Positions 1 through 8,047 of a stretch of DNA of 12,112 nt are shown here, piece by piece. The notes beneath the pieces are model-generated. The model was given only the letters and a program-made list of their open reading frames with translations. It was not told the origin of the DNA and did no database searches. The number at the start of each line of letters is the position of its first letter. Position 1 is the stretch's first letter. Position numbers and translations under genes: made by a program. The stretch spans positions 1-12,112 of IMG/VR virus record IMGVR_UViG_2526164632_000015, one strand, 5' to 3'. The DNA is from a virus. Taxonomy: Duplodnaviria; Heunggongvirae; Uroviricota; Caudoviricetes.

Positions 1-2
1 GC

Positions 3-182
3 TATGGGCTGACAGTGACGGACTCGTGCCTCTTCACCAAACGCCTGGAGCGGGGCCGCTTCGTCTGGCCGGTCACCCGCGATGGAAAGGTTCACCTTAC
101 TCCGGCTCAGTTGTCCATGCTTCTAGAAGGCATCGACTGGAAGCACCCGAAACGAACGGAACGCGCTGGCATCCGCATATAA
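3..182 (+). CDS. tnpB: IS66-family TnpB (orf2), C-terminal fragment, 5' end cut by window edge
   Basis: Frame ending at TAA 180-182 translates to ...CLFTKRLERGRFVWPVTRDGKVHLTPAQLSMLLEGIDWKHPKR..., closely matching the C-terminus of the complete TnpB at 10123-10470 (...CLLTKRLERGRFAWPSARDGKVFLTPAQLAMLLEGIDWRQPKR...). Confidence 0.85.
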   Translation, partial: YGLTVTDSCLFTKRLERGRFVWPVTRDGKVHLTPAQLSMLLEGIDWKHPKRTERAGIRI

Positions 183-201
183 CCCGTTGTAAAGTGAGGA
201 T

Positions 202-1773
202 ATGGACACCTCACTTGCTCATGAGAATGCCCGCCTGCGGGCACTGTTGCAGACGCAACAGGACACCATCCGCCAGATGGCGAAATACAACCGCCTGCTC
301 TCACAGCGGGTGGCGGCTTATGCTTCCGAAATCAACCGGCTGAAGGCGCTGGTTGCGAAACTGCAGCGCATGCAGTTCGGTAAAAGCTCAGAAAAACTTC
401 GCGCTAAAACCGAACGGCAGATACAGGAAGCACAGGAGCGAATCAGAGCACTTCAGGAAGAAATGGCGGAAACGCTGGGTGAGCAATATGACCCGGTACT
501 GCCATCCGCCCTGCGCCAGTCTTCAGCCCGTAAACCGTTACCGGCCTCACTTCCCCGTGAAACCCGGGTCATCCGGCCGGAAGAGGAATGCTGCCCGGCC
601 TGTGGTGGTGACCTCAGTCCTCTGGGGTGTGATGTGTCAGAGCAACTGGAGCTTATCAGCAGCGCCTTTAAGGTTATCGAAACACAACGTCCGAAACTGG
701 CCTGTTGTCGGTGCGACCATATCGTGCAGGCAACAGTACCTTCAAAACCCATTGCACGCAGTTATGCCGGAGCGGGGCTTCTGGCCCATGTTGTTACCGG
801 GAAATATGCAGACCATCTGCCGTTATACCGCCAGTCAGAAATATACCGTCGCCAGGGCGTGGAGCTGAGCCGCGCCACGCTGGGGCGCTGGACAGGTGCC
901 GTTGCTGAACTGCTGGAGCCGCTGTATGACGTCCTGCGCCAGTATGTGCTGATGCCCGGTAAAGTCCATGCTGATGATATCCCCGTCCCGGTCCAGGAGC
1001 CGGGCAGCGGTAAAACCCGGACCGCCCGGCTGTGGGTCTACGTCCGTGATGACCGTAACGCCGGTTCGGAAATGCCCCCGGCGGTCTGGTTCGCGTACTC
1101 ACCGGACCGGAAAGGTATCCATCCACAAAATCATCTGGCCGGTTACAGCGGTGTGCTTCAGGCCGATGCTTACGGTGGTTACCGGGTGTTATACGAATCC
1201 GGCAGAATAACGGAAGCCGCGTGTATGGCTCATGCCCGGAGAAAAATCCACGATGTGCATGCAAGAGTGCCCACCGACATCACCACGGAAGCCCTGCAGC
1301 GTATCGGTGAACTGTATGCCATAGAGGCAGAAGTCCGGGGATGTACAGCAGAACAGCGTCTGGCGGCAAGAAAAGCCAGAGCTGCGCCACTGATGCAGTC
1401 ACTGTATGACTGGATACAGACTCAGATGAAAACACTGTCGCGTCACTCGGATACGGCAAAAGCGTTCGCATACCTGCTGAAACAGTGGGATGGCCTGAAC
1501 GTGTACTGCAGTAATGGCTGGGTGGAAATCGACAACAACATCGCAGAGAACGCCTTACGGGGAGTGGCCGTAGGCCGGAAAAACTGGCTGTTCGCGGGTT
1601 CCGACAGCGGTGGCGAACATGCGGCGGTGTTGTACTCGCTGATCGGCACATGCCGTCTGAACAATGTGGAACCAGAAAAATGGCTGCGTTACGTCATTGA
1701 GCATATCCAGGATTGGCCGGCAAACCGGGTACGCGATCTGTTGCCCTGGAAAGTTGATCTGACCTCTCAGTAA
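202..1773 (+). CDS. tnpC: IS66-family transposase TnpC (orf3), intact, 523 aa
   Basis: 523-aa ORF with GAGGA Shine-Dalgarno upstream. It has an N-terminal coiled-coil-like region, a CxxC...CxxC zinc-ribbon (CCPACGG...CCRCD) and the conserved IS66 transposase core ([38 protein letters not shown]). About 70% identical in the C-terminal half to the copy B TnpC. Confidence 0.9.
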   Translation: MDTSLAHENARLRALLQTQQDTIRQMAKYNRLLSQRVAAYASEINRLKALVAKLQRMQFGKSSEKLRAKTERQIQEAQERIRALQEEMAETLGEQYDPVLPSALRQSSARKPLPASLPRETRVIRPEEECCPACGGDLSPLGCDVSEQLELISSAFKVIETQRPKLACCRCDHIVQATVPSKPIARSYAGAGLLAHVVTGKYADHLPLYRQSEIYRRQGVELSRATLGRWTGAVAELLEPLYDVLRQYVLMPGKVHADDIPVPVQEPGSGKTRTARLWVYVRDDRNAGSEMPPAVWFAYSPDRKGIHPQNHLAGYSGVLQADAYGGYRVLYESGRITEAACMAHARRKIHDVHARVPTDITTEALQRIGELYAIEAEVRGCTAEQRLAARKARAAPLMQSLYDWIQTQMKTLSRHSDTAKAFAYLLKQWDGLNVYCSNGWVEIDNNIAENALRGVAVGRKNWLFAGSDSGGEHAAVLYSLIGTCRLNNVEPEKWLRYVIEHIQDWPANRVRDLLPWKVDLTSQ

Positions 1774-1803
1774 ATATCAATACGGTTCTGGCGAGCCGCT
1801 TAC
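1774..1803. repeat. Right terminal inverted repeat of IS66 copy A
   Basis: 30 bp between the tnpC stop and the terminal ...CGCTTAC; shares the AGAACCGTATTGA core with the copy B right end. Exact inner boundary of the repeat is uncertain. Confidence 0.6.
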
Positions 1804-1844
1804 GATACACCGTTATATTCAAATTGTTCTGTTTTCAGGAACAT
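1804..1844 (-). pseudogene. G: 5' remnant (13 codons) of lambda G-like tail assembly chaperone gene, cut by IS66 copy A
   Basis: Minus-strand ATG at 1842-1844 lies 18 bp downstream of the gpV stop and reads MFLKTEQFEYNGV before hitting the IS terminus at 1803. This matches my recollection of the lambda gpG N-terminus (MFLKTESFEHNGV...) and the expected V-G gene order. Confidence 0.7.
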
Positions 1845-1862
1845 CGCTTATCTCTCAGCTCT

Positions 1863-2609
1863 TTAGCCACCCGGCACATTATTAACGGTAATTTCAGCCA
1901 CCGCAGCAAACTGACCATTACCGGAAATCACAGGGATGCTGACTTTTCCATCCTTAACCCCCGTCACAGTAATCGTCATATCTTTCACGCTAATGGTGGC
2001 TTTTGATGGATCGGCGGAAATCGCCCTGAATGTCTTATCCGTTGCATTTTCCGGTTCCACAGTAACGGTCAGGGTGGTTGTTTTCCCTTTTTCAACCGTA
2101 CCTGTCGGCGTTACCTTAATCGCAGTGACCGGCGTAATTTTGCTGCGTTCTTCCGCTACAGAAGGTTTACCCACGTTAGTGACTTTCACCGTGCGGGTGA
2201 TCACTTCTTTCGCCGTCACGGCCTTACCGATACTGCTGACCCAGCCACGAAACACATCCACCGTGCCATTCGGAAAACGGATTTTATAGGCCCGGACATC
2301 GCCGCTTTCAAACCAGCCTATAAGCCCTTTCTGGCCTTCCTCTCCCGGTTTCCAGGCCAGTGTAAAACTGGTATCACCTGCAGATTTCTGTCCCTGCCCG
2401 GTCGCGCTCCAGTCCGCGTCTTCATCATCCAGGTAGTTATCATCGTAGGATTCTGCCGTCATCTCGCCCGGCGTCAGATCCTTCACCTTAGCCAGTCGCT
2501 GCCAGTCATCATCTGACAACGGGTTGGCATAAGCATCATCCTTGCCGGTGTACACCCATAGTGTGGTGCCGGAACCTTTCACCGGCTCAAGAGGATTTGG
2601 TATTGCCAT
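1863..2609 (-). CDS. V: Major tail protein (lambda gpV homologue) with C-terminal Ig-like domain
   Basis: 248-aa ORF. Motifs [59 protein letters not shown] and [40 protein letters not shown] match lambda gpV as I recall it. C-terminal ~90 aa is a beta-rich Ig-like region. Confidence 0.92.
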   Translation of the reverse strand: MAIPNPLEPVKGSGTTLWVYTGKDDAYANPLSDDDWQRLAKVKDLTPGEMTAESYDDNYLDDEDADWSATGQGQKSAGDTSFTLAWKPGEEGQKGLIGWFESGDVRAYKIRFPNGTVDVFRGWVSSIGKAVTAKEVITRTVKVTNVGKPSVAEERSKITPVTAIKVTPTGTVEKGKTTTLTVTVEPENATDKTFRAISADPSKATISVKDMTITVTGVKDGKVSIPVISGNGQFAAVAEITVNNVPGG

Positions 2610-2616
2610 ATCGTCC

Positions 2617-3015
2617 TCACATCTCGTAGGTAATTTTCCACAGGAGATCTGCCGATCCCCACATCATAAACTCATCATCCCGGCGGTAGTCATACCCCTG
2701 AAGATTCATCTTCAGCAGTAACGCACTGAGGCCGGGAACCGCCTCCAGCGCAGGAAGGATTTTCTCTTCCATCCACATATCCAGTGCCGAGTCCGGTTCT
2801 TTTGCCCTGAGAAAAACTTCAATATGCAGTGTCGCCTCCCAGGTCCCCTCATCAACGAACTCGTCAGCAGCAGACGCATCAGTCAGGTAAACAGCAACAG
2901 CAGGCAGTTCCTGTTCATCAATAAAAACCGGGCGGCCGTCAAACCAGCTCACCCGCTCAGAAATATTGTCTTTCAGGGCAGACAGAACTGCCGTCCGTAT
3001 TTCACGGTGTTTCAT
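2617..3015 (-). CDS. U: Tail terminator protein (lambda gpU homologue)
   Basis: 132-aa ORF. Start [11 protein letters not shown], internal LHIEVFL and C-terminal GYDYRRDD...SADL...ITYEM match the lambda gpU pattern. Sits between Z and V as in lambda. Confidence 0.88.
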   Translation of the reverse strand: MKHREIRTAVLSALKDNISERVSWFDGRPVFIDEQELPAVAVYLTDASAADEFVDEGTWEATLHIEVFLRAKEPDSALDMWMEEKILPALEAVPGLSALLLKMNLQGYDYRRDDEFMMWGSADLLWKITYEM

Positions 3016-3027
3016 ACACCCTCCCTG

Positions 3028-3657
3028 TCATTTTCTTTTCAGCACCAGGCGTAACTGATGCGTCATGGCTTTCATCATCTGCGCCGGTAATTTTTCCCGG
3101 TACATCCGGTCCCGTTCACGTTCAAAAGTTTCTGCCAGCGGTCCGGCAGTCGGAATTTTCACCACTTCAATCGGCAGACGGTAGCGTTTCGGCCTCCCTT
3201 TGCTGTCAGCACCGGTGGACGATGGTGCCCACGGCATACGCTGCATCACATGCCAGCGTCCGTTAGCCAGCCGGGTGATAAAGGCGTCCGGGATCCGTCT
3301 TTTCCCCACAATCAGCACACTGCCGCCCCCTTTCTTGACCGAACGCTCGCCTTTCTTTCGTCGCTTTCTGCGGGAAAGCCGCACGCTGGCCGTCCCCAGT
3401 TTTATGGCGGGCAGATTACCGGTGTTGATGATGACCTTCGCATAAATCCTGTCTGCGCTAGCCCGTTGCAGGCGGATACGCTCACGGATGAGACGGCGCG
3501 GAACCGCCAGCTCCCTGGCAACCGAAGAGGCCGTTTTCGCGATGATGGACTCCGCCACACGGTTAAGTGTCGTGGCGGCAGCCCGGGGAACGGCACGGCG
3601 GTCAATTGCATCCAGATTTTTCATGGCCTGCGCCAGACCTTTTATTGCCATACTCAT
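3028..3657 (-). CDS. Z: Minor tail protein Z (lambda gpZ homologue)
   Basis: 209-aa ORF. MAIKGL..., LPAIKLG, RLSRRKRRKKGERS..KGGGSVLIVGKRRIPDAFI..LANGRWHVMQR track lambda gpZ closely. Confidence 0.88.
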   Translation of the reverse strand: MSMAIKGLAQAMKNLDAIDRRAVPRAAATTLNRVAESIIAKTASSVARELAVPRRLIRERIRLQRASADRIYAKVIINTGNLPAIKLGTASVRLSRRKRRKKGERSVKKGGGSVLIVGKRRIPDAFITRLANGRWHVMQRMPWAPSSTGADSKGRPKRYRLPIEVVKIPTAGPLAETFERERDRMYREKLPAQMMKAMTHQLRLVLKRK

Positions 3658-3935
3658 TCCTGTTCGACAAAAATCCGGGGTTTACCGTTGTACGTGTCAT
3701 AACGGGTCACCGTCAGTGTGCGCCCCGCAAACACAACAACATCATGACGGGCCGGACGGTACCGGGCTGAAAACACCACCAGTGACAACTGGCTGCCCGA
3801 AAGCGCCCCCATCTCCGCGGACTCTTCCTCCGGCATCACGTCATACACGACGCCGTTAATCTCCGCCTGTTTGCCCATCACCCGAACGGTCGCCCCGTCC
3901 ATCCGGCAACACATTCGCGTAAACAGATCAGACAT
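3654..3935 (-). CDS. Small head-tail joining protein (gpFII-position, head-tail attachment-like)
   Basis: 93-aa ORF in the position lambda FII occupies before Z; start overlaps the upstream gene by 8 bp. Assignment is by position and size only. Confidence 0.5.
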   Translation of the reverse strand: MSDLFTRMCCRMDGATVRVMGKQAEINGVVYDVMPEEESAEMGALSGSQLSLVVFSARYRPARHDVVVFAGRTLTVTRYDTYNGKPRIFVEQE

Positions 3936-4254
3936 TGATTTTTACCGCCACAGTGGCGCTGTTTGCAGGAGCATTTTCCCAGGCTACCCCCGCGGCCACC
4001 GCACCCTCTGCAGCCAGCTGCACAACCCCGTCCTTCAGATAAACCACCGCGCCGGACTGAATGTCGTCAGCAGACTGTTTGGGCAGAAGGAACACGCCTT
4101 CGGCAAAACCGTCACCGGCATCACCGGCAGGAATATCTGTAATGGCCACGGCCACCATACTGCCGACCACCACCGCAGCACCGCTCAGGATGGTCTGATC
4201 TCCGGCATTCACCAGTTCAATGGTGGTACCGTCCTGTACAAAATTTTTCGCCAT
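3928..4254 (-). CDS. Small Gly/Ala/Val-rich head protein, putative decoration/cement protein (DUF2190-like)
   Basis: 108-aa ORF with a good Shine-Dalgarno (GGAGAAA about 8 nt upstream of ATG) immediately after the capsid gene. Composition is beta-rich G/A/V. Function inferred from position and composition. Confidence 0.5.
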   Translation of the reverse strand: MAKNFVQDGTTIELVNAGDQTILSGAAVVVGSMVAVAITDIPAGDAGDGFAEGVFLLPKQSADDIQSGAVVYLKDGVVQLAAEGAVAAGVAWENAPANSATVAVKINV

Positions 4255-4270
4255 AATGCTGTTTCTCCGG

Positions 4271-4293
4271 ACAGCCCCTGTGGGGCTGTTTTT
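4271..4293 (+). terminator. Perfect 8-bp stem / 3-nt loop hairpin followed by T5 on the + strand
   Basis: ACAGCCCC-TGT-GGGGCTGT followed by TTTTT (4289-4293). Lies in the 86-bp gap between the capsid and decoration genes, directly upstream of the decoration gene's ribosome-binding site on the minus-strand mRNA. Confidence 0.4.
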
Positions 4294-4300
4294 CAGGCAT

Positions 4301-4318
4301 AAAAAAGCCCTTTCGGGC
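4301..4318 (-). terminator. Short GC hairpin with GAAA loop followed by U6 on the minus (coding) strand, just after the capsid stop
   Basis: Minus-strand reading is GCCC-GAAA-GGGC then TTTTTT (reverse complement of 4301-4306). Only a 4-bp stem, so at best a weak or partial terminator. Confidence 0.3.
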
Positions 4319-4340
4319 AGTGATTGTGATAACTCGGTTA

Positions 4341-6320
4341 TCAGGCCACCGACGAACGCACCAGCCCGCGCCAGTCAAGTGGTGCCACTCCGGCATCAAT
4401 ACGGATTTTTGTGGCAATGCCGTCAGTGGTGAAACCTTCCTGCTGATCAATGTATGGCGTGTCCACACCATCCAGCCAGGCCACTTCAATGGTGTCAGTG
4501 CCCTGTGCCGCCGCCAGATACCAGGTTTTCGGATCTGCCGCATCAAGACGCGCTTCTGCAATCACCTCAGCAAAGTTCTGGATGGGGTTAATGACACCGG
4601 CGTTTGCATCCGCCCCTTTCACACTGGCCGATTTGATGGTCTGGTTCGCCACCGTCTCCAGTGCCACCGGTACCAGCATAAAGGCCGGACGGATATTCAG
4701 GGCGCGATCGCCTTCTTTCTGCAGGCGCATCATCTGACGGGCCGCATCCAGTCCGGAAACGGAAATCCCACCGGTGGCAATATTTTTGTGATCGGCATGG
4801 AACAGCGCCTTACCGTCTGACAGTTTCGGGTTATCCGTCAGCACCTTGTAAACCAGGTCACCAATCGTTGCCTTCGCCGCACGCCCCATCTTCATCGGCA
4901 CGTCCACCAGCATATTCAGATCATCATTGATAATGGCCTGGCGGGTGATGGAGAAAATCTCCCCGTAAGTGGCCAGTGCAATGGTCTCCTTGCGATCTGA
5001 GGTGGTGATGTATTTATACTCCGCCCCCTCACGAACCTGGCGCAGAGAACCAAAACCGCCCATCCCCACGCGATACGCTGTTTTGAAGTCTGACAGGCGT
5101 CCCTTACGGGTCCACTTCTGGAAGGTTTCTTCTGATTCCTCCCAGCCCTGGATCAGCCCCTTGTTCGACACATCCAGCAGAATATTGCCAAAATCAGAGG
5201 TGCTGTGCGTCAGCGCCAGCCCGACCATCTGCATGGGGTTATAACTGGCCACCCCAATACCGCGCTCCGTCAGTGACATGCGAGCCCATTCACGCAGGGT
5301 CATCCCGTTATAGGCGTTATCCTTCTCGACATTTTCAAATCCGGCACGGGCCAGCATCGCCTGGCGGATCCCGTCCCCCACAAAATTGCCGTTTCCGGCA
5401 TAAATATGAGCCGGTGTATTTTTGTTGGTCGGCGAGGACTCCTTGCCCATTTCATTCAGCAGACGTTCACGGGCCATTTCCAGCGAACAGTCAGGATCAG
5501 CCACGCACTGTGCCTGAAGCGTCTGATAGCGACCGCCGAACATGGCAAACAGATCGTTAATGCCTGACATGCGGGCTTTCTGTTCTGCCATAACGCGGGC
5601 GCGAATGGTCGCCTCATCAGACACTGCCGGTACCGGTGATGGTTCTGTTACCGCCGGTGCAGGGATTGTCACTGTGGTATCACGCGGGGCACTGTTGTAT
5701 GGCTGCGTGATCATATTTCGGATGGATTCCGGCATCTTTTTAAATTCCTCTGTACGTTTTGACTGAATACATGCCATTGCCTTAACGGCTGGCGTCACCT
5801 GGTCTGCAAATCCGTGTGCCAGACACTCGGCACCGGACATCCAGGTCTCATCCGCCAGCATGGCGGCAATTTCATCGGTAGTTTTTCCGGTTTTCTGCGC
5901 ATATACCGGCACCATAACCGACTCAAGTTTGTCCAGACGTTCGGCATAAGTGCGCATTTTCTCCGCATCACCACCGCTGATCCCCCAGGGTTTATGGATC
6001 ATCATGAAGGCATTTTCCGGCATAATGACCGTGTCACCGGCCATCGCAATCAGGGATGCCATCGAGGCGGCAACGCCATCCACATACACGGTAATGGCCG
6101 CACCGTGATTTTTCAGGGCATTAAAAATGGCGATGCCTTCAAAGACATCGCCACCCGGTGAGTTGATGTGGAGATTAATGTGGGTGATATCACCCAGGGC
6201 ATTCATATCGCTGACAAACTGCTTCGCGGTAACTCCCCAGAAACCAATCTCGTCATAAATATAAATATCCGCCTCACCCTGACCACCCGCCTGCATCCTG
6301 AACCAGGATTTATTCTTCAT
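4341..6320 (-). CDS. Fused head maturation protease (ClpP-like) / scaffold-like linker / HK97-fold major capsid protein
   Basis: One uninterrupted minus-strand frame. N-terminal ~200 aa carries ClpP-type motifs (HINSPGGDV, VDGVAASMASLIAMAGD, MMIHKPWG). A charged, helix-prone linker follows, then a ~300-aa C-terminal capsid-like region. The longest ORF runs to 6512, but that extension overlaps the portal coding region; start chosen at M65 (ATG 6318-6320, MKNKSWFR...). Start codon is uncertain; 6296 is an alternative. Confidence 0.8.
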   Translation of the reverse strand: MKNKSWFRMQAGGQGEADIYIYDEIGFWGVTAKQFVSDMNALGDITHINLHINSPGGDVFEGIAIFNALKNHGAAITVYVDGVAASMASLIAMAGDTVIMPENAFMMIHKPWGISGGDAEKMRTYAERLDKLESVMVPVYAQKTGKTTDEIAAMLADETWMSGAECLAHGFADQVTPAVKAMACIQSKRTEEFKKMPESIRNMITQPYNSAPRDTTVTIPAPAVTEPSPVPAVSDEATIRARVMAEQKARMSGINDLFAMFGGRYQTLQAQCVADPDCSLEMARERLLNEMGKESSPTNKNTPAHIYAGNGNFVGDGIRQAMLARAGFENVEKDNAYNGMTLREWARMSLTERGIGVASYNPMQMVGLALTHSTSDFGNILLDVSNKGLIQGWEESEETFQKWTRKGRLSDFKTAYRVGMGGFGSLRQVREGAEYKYITTSDRKETIALATYGEIFSITRQAIINDDLNMLVDVPMKMGRAAKATIGDLVYKVLTDNPKLSDGKALFHADHKNIATGGISVSGLDAARQMMRLQKEGDRALNIRPAFMLVPVALETVANQTIKSASVKGADANAGVINPIQNFAEVIAEARLDAADPKTWYLAAAQGTDTIEVAWLDGVDTPYIDQQEGFTTDGIATKIRIDAGVAPLDWRGLVRSSVA

Positions 6321-7811
6321 GCTGGCTGTCGGTGGCCTGCTGACGCTGTTGTTCAGTTCCGGCACTGTTGCCTCCTTTGTCGTTGACGGGGTCAGTATCA
6401 AAGACCAGCCCCAGTCTGCTGTTTTCATCAATTTCAGCCTTGCGGCGACGTTTGACCTCATCCGGATTGCGCCCGCCGGCACGCACCCAGTCAGATTCTG
6501 TCGCTGCACCACCCCGGATCTGAATTCTCCAGGCTTCAGCTTCCTTAACCGGGTCGATCCACGGCATCACCGGACCGGAATACGTCGCGTTATATAGCGT
6601 TTTCATCTCCACATCCGCCGGAATTTTCAGCAGACCTGCCGCAACCACCATATTCAGCCATGTCCGGTACACCGGACGGGTTACCGCGCCAATAAAACAG
6701 TCCTGCAGGATCAGGTAACCATCCGTGGACTCGACCAGCTCCTGCCGCTGGGCACTGTAGGTGCCGTTATAGTTACGCGCCGCACTGGAAAAACTCAGAC
6801 GACTGCCCGCTGCCACTGCACGCAACTGGCCGTTGCGGAAAGTTTCAAGGTTGGGATTGGGACGGTCTGATTTGACCATGCCGATATCCTCGCCCTTGCG
6901 CAAATCGTCATAAATAATACCCGGGGTGATATGGACTTCCCGGTCGGTTTCTTTGATCCCCGGCTCTTCATAGTCCTGCCCGTCACCTTTACGGATATAC
7001 AGTCCCAGCGCCGCGGCAATACGCGCCGCAGTGAGTTCCGCATCCTCATACTCCTTAAGGGCACTGATCCGCATCAGCACCCCCGATAACATGGATGAGC
7101 CTCGCGTCTGATGCAGACGACGAGTGAACTTCAGGTGGATCATTTTTCCGGCAGCGATTTCTTTCGTATCACTCTGCCGGCCGCTGACCGGATAATTTTT
7201 ATAAACCAGATATTTTTCGGTCTTCCCCACTCATCAAGAAAAACCCCCTGATTCAGTCCGGCGGATTCATCAGTGCGCATGGGAACAAAATCCGGCTCCA
7301 TCGCCTCAAGCCAGAATGGCACTCCCGCCGTCCGTTCCAGACCGTTTCCCGCACCACTGACCATCTGCGCAAACACTTCACCATCCCGCAGCCAGGTCCG
7401 CAGCAGTAAACGTTCAAGCACGGGACGGGTATACTGCCCTGTCACATCCGGACTCACGGACCACTCAGCCCACAACCGGCGGATATCCGCAGCCAGCTCT
7501 GCCGCCATTTCCCCGTTTTTTCGTAATGGCTGAGGCTCCACAATAATTCCCCTGGCACCAATCACCCGCTCTTCCAGCTTGTCAAACACACCAATCACCA
7601 GGTCATGATTGATATCCAGAAAACGGGCCTGCTCCCGCAGGGAAACCGCACCGTATTTACTGAGCTGATCAGCAGAGCGATTTTCCCGCCGGGCTTTATG
7701 TGTCCGGGTCGGTTTCACCGCCTCATAGGCCATGATTAACGCCCTTGAACGCAGTCTGGCTGCTTTCCAGCCGGGGGAAAACACGCCTATCACATCATCA
7801 ATAATTGCCAT
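6310..7811 (-). pseudogene. Phage portal protein, split by a single-base frameshift (or homopolymer sequencing error)
   Basis: Two overlapping minus-strand ORFs (7811-7140, 223 aa; 7230-6310, 306 aa) sum to a typical ~530-aa portal and sit between gpW and the protease/capsid gene. The frame switch must lie between 7233 and 7200, where there is an A5 run on the coding strand (T5 at 7213-7217 on +). Adding one A would read ...LDEWGRPKKYLVYKNYPVSG... Confidence 0.75.
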
Positions 7812-8047
7812 TAAAACCTCGCCAGTTTAAATCCTGGTTTTCCCCGCCTGCGGCTCACCATCGCGGCAAGCCTGCGTTCCCACTCCTGACGTCCGGCGCG
7901 GATCTGAGAAAGGCTTTCCAGCGTCAGTTGCTGTCCGTTGAAGGTGACAGACTTCCCCTCCAGTACGGCCATTTCCGCTTCACGGTACCGCTGTATCATT
8001 TCTCTGGCTTCTTCTGTGCTCACAACCAGCCTCCTGATGTTATCCAT
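7811..8047 (-). CDS. W: Head-tail joining protein (lambda gpW-like)
   Basis: 78-aa ORF between terminase large subunit and portal, as W is in lambda. C-terminus ...RRRGKPGF resembles the lambda gpW C-terminus (...RRRGPAGF) as recalled. Stop overlaps portal start (TAATG). Confidence 0.65.
   Translation of the reverse strand: MDNIRRLVVSTEEAREMIQRYREAEMAVLEGKSVTFNGQQLTLESLSQIRAGRQEWERRLAAMVSRRRGKPGFKLARF

Larger units (their letters stand above)
1..1803 (+). mobile_element. IS66-family insertion sequence, copy A (partial; left part lies outside the window)
   Basis: Contains the tnpB 3' end and a full tnpC in the canonical IS66 order. Ends at 1797-1803 with CGCTTAC, the reverse complement of the GTAAGCG terminus typical of IS66-family inverted repeats. 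Its right end (reverse complement GTAAGCGGCTCGCCAGAACCGTATTGA) resembles the right end of copy B (GTAAGCGTGCAGCAAGAACCGTATTGA). Confidence 0.85.

Noticed and set aside
26-343. 105-aa + strand ORF spanning the tnpB/tnpC junction of IS copy A
   Set aside because: It is out of frame with both the tnpB 3' end (ends 182) and tnpC (starts 202), and its translation is Arg/His/Trp-rich with no recognisable features. Alternative-frame artefact.
353-1664. Several 70-170-aa ORFs on both strands inside tnpC of copy A (353-868 +, 453-752 -, 794-1264 -, 1280-1651 -, etc.)
   Set aside because: All lie inside the well-supported 523-aa TnpC frame. Arg/Pro/Cys-rich translations are typical of off-frame reading of GC-rich coding DNA.
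1824-2289. + strand ORFs 1824-2006 and 1936-2289 antisense to gpV
   Set aside because: Antisense to a strongly supported major tail protein gene; low-complexity hydrophobic translation; no start context.
3200-4820. Multiple + strand ORFs (3200-3445, 3250-3702, 3488-3859, 3871-4302, 4320-4820, 4450-4737) across the Z / small head protein / capsid region
   Set aside because: Each is antisense or out of frame to tightly packed, homology-supported minus-strand phage genes. No independent support.
6320-6512. N-terminal 64-codon extension of the capsid ORF (longest ORF would start at 6512)
   Set aside because: The extension overlaps the portal C-terminal coding region in another frame and has no protease homology. 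The conserved protease sequence begins at the internal ATG (6318-6320).
4969-6597. + strand ORFs inside the protease/capsid and portal genes (4969-5244, 5273-5560, 5542-5766, 5814-6161, 6168-6386, 6319-6597)
   Set aside because: Antisense to a long, motif-supported coding frame; no features of their own.
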